The translations under genes and the position numbers were made by a program. A DNA stretch of 64,000 bases from Eledone cirrhosa (taxonomy: Eukaryota): positions 26,536,001 to 26,600,000 of the forward strand of contig OZ024748.1 of the NCBI GenBank assembly GCA_964016885.1. Direction: 5' to 3'. The notes below the pieces were generated by a model. The model searched no databases. It saw only the letters and a program-made list of their open reading frames with translations, and was not told where the DNA came from. Below, piece after piece: positions 62,104-64,000 of the stretch (its first letter is position 1; the number at the start of each line of letters is the position of its first letter).

Positions 62104-63090
62104 TCCTAGCTAAAAGTAAACCCCTCTACTTAGCTTTTGTTGACTTGGAGAAAGCCTTTGATAGAGTCCACCGCTCCATTATCTGGTGGGCTCTTAGAAA
62201 ACTTGATCTTGATGAATGGCTTGTGAGAACTATACCAGCCATGTATAAAGTAACAGCAAGGTTAGAATTAACAATGAATATAGTGAAGTATTTAGCATAA
62301 AAGTTGATGTTCATCAAGGCTCTGTCCCTCCTATTTATTATTGCCCTTCAGGCTATAACAGAGGAGTTTAAGACCGGCTGCCAATGGGAACTTCTATACG
62401 TAGATGATCTAATTCTCATAGCTGAATCTATGGCTGAACTAGAGAAGAAATTCCAAACATGGAAGCATGGCCTAGAATCAAAAGACCTTAACGTTAACTT
62501 ATCTCAGACTAAAGTTCTAGTATGTAGAAAGGAAAATAGGGCACAGGTGCCCTCTGGGAAATGGCCATGTTCAGTGTGTAGGAAAGGAGTAAGTAGAAAT
62601 TCCATTTTATGTCCCAAATGCAAAGTATGGGTACATAAAAGATGTAGTGGGATCACAGGTAAGTTATCTAAGAACATAGATTTTATATGTGGCCGATGCT
62701 CAGGTGCAATAAGTAGCAAGTGCCCACAGGATACTAGCTCCTTCTATTGCCCAGATGGTTCCATAGAAATAGTGGACACTTTCCGTTACCTGGGTGACAA
62801 AATCAGCAGTGGTGGAGGGTGCTCTGAAAGTACTGTAGCCAGAGTCAGAACGAGATGGAGAGCTTATACCGCTGTTGGCCACAAAAAGTTTCTCTCTAAA
62901 AATGAAAGGCAGATTGTATGATGCCTGTATACGAACAGCAATGTTACATGGCAGTGAGACATGGGAATTGTGTGCAGAGGACTTGCACAGACTGTAAAGG
63001 AACGAAGCATGCATGCTCCATTGGATATGTAATAGTAATATATGTGAACGGCAAAACATAAATGAACTAAGTGAGAAATTAGGAATAATG
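62100..63090 (+). mobile_element. RTE-type LINE RT region with Cys/His finger, same family as 28850-29698
   Basis: AFVDLEKAFDRV, ELLYVDDLIL, WPCSVCRKGVSRNSILCPKCKVWVHKRCSG...CGRC, FRYLGD; frameshifts. Confidence 0.92.
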
Positions 63091-63480
63091 TCTGTTGTGT
63101 TGTTTCGCTTGTGTTGAAGATGTGGGGTTGCATAGCCTTGATATAGTTCAGCATGCTGTCTATTGACATCCTACCAGATTTATCTGTAGGTAGGCACACT
63201 ACCTCACCATCCCTTGTGCGCTGCTTGAGGCTAAGTAGGCCTTCTACAGGTTTCCTTCCAAGTTGTTTGATATCTGGTCTGCTTTGTCTCTTAGTATATT
63301 GGTCTACTACCTGTCTAAGTTTATTTCTAACTATGGTAAACTGTGCCTCTGTTTCGTCATCTATTTGTTGTGGAATACAAACTCTTTTATTAAAAGGTAA
63401 TTTAGTGGGGTAAATTTTGTTCATTTTGTATGTTTTGTCAGCTGGGTTGAAGAACAGGTTCTCTAAGGGGTTGTCATTGA
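63090..63480 (-). mobile_element. Penelope-like element RT N-terminal fragment
   Basis: EGLLSLKQRTRDGEVVCLPTDKSGRMSIDSMLNYIKAMQPH carries the Penelope DKG/DKSG motif. Confidence 0.75.
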
Positions 63481-63554
63481 ATCTATCGCTTTAATTGTGT
63501 GTACTATTATAGCTTATTATTGTTTTCCCTACTGTTAACGTTATTATTATTTCT

Positions 63555-63740
63555 GTTATGGTTGGCGGGAAATTAGCTAAGCAATGTAAAAAGGCTCTAA
63601 GAAAGACCCATCTAAAGATTAAAGTGGTAGAAAAGCCAGGAACTACCATAAAATCCCTCATCAGCAAAACATACTCCTTTAAGAAAATCCAAATATAACA
63701 ATATCTGTTTCAACACATGATTTCATATCAAAAACCTTGC
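63555..63740 (+). mobile_element. Penelope-like element RT-endonuclease linker fragment
   Basis: GKLAKQCKKALRKTHLKIKVVEKPGTTIKSLISKT. Confidence 0.55.
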
Positions 63741-63757
63741 AAAACAAAAATTCATCG

Positions 63758-63789
<32 letters not shown>

Positions 63790-64000
63790 CAAAGAAAGTG
63801 TGGTAAGGAACCAGGTGGACCAACCATAATGCACCATACTGCTGGGTTAGTTCGGATCTAGCTGTCAAAATGGCTGGAGCTCAGCCGTCGGGGTCCTGAC
63901 TTTTTTCCTATGTATATGTGTGTGTGTGTATACATATATAAAAATGTATAAGAACATATATATATATATGTGTAGACACATATATAGTGTAAGTAGTTTA

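Overview
This is eukaryotic, AT-rich, repeat-dense animal DNA. The SINE families resemble those I recall from octopod cephalopods, so the taxon is an inference. The first 20.4 kb hold the 3' part of one giant gene. A single open exon of at least 17.7 kb (5' end outside the window) encodes about 38.5 tandem copies of a ~143-aa Thr/Glu/Ser/Pro-rich mucin-like unit, then a basic, N-sequon-rich spacer. It splices in phase 1 (GT at 17706, AG at 19816-19817) to a terminal exon encoding a divergent VWA-like domain with a broken MIDAS motif. The remaining 43 kb is mostly decayed mobile DNA: two tRNA-derived SINE families, RTE, CR1, CRE and L1/Tx1-like LINE pieces, Penelope-like fragments, hAT/Tc1/CACTA-type remnants and MITEs, foldbacks, and mini/microsatellites. 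Several type I hammerhead ribozyme motifs lie among the Penelope-like fragments; the one at 34552-34607 (- strand) has an intact catalytic core. A possible small-exon gene on the - strand (25.1-37.3 kb) is weakly supported. All family assignments come from reading motifs; no database search was run.
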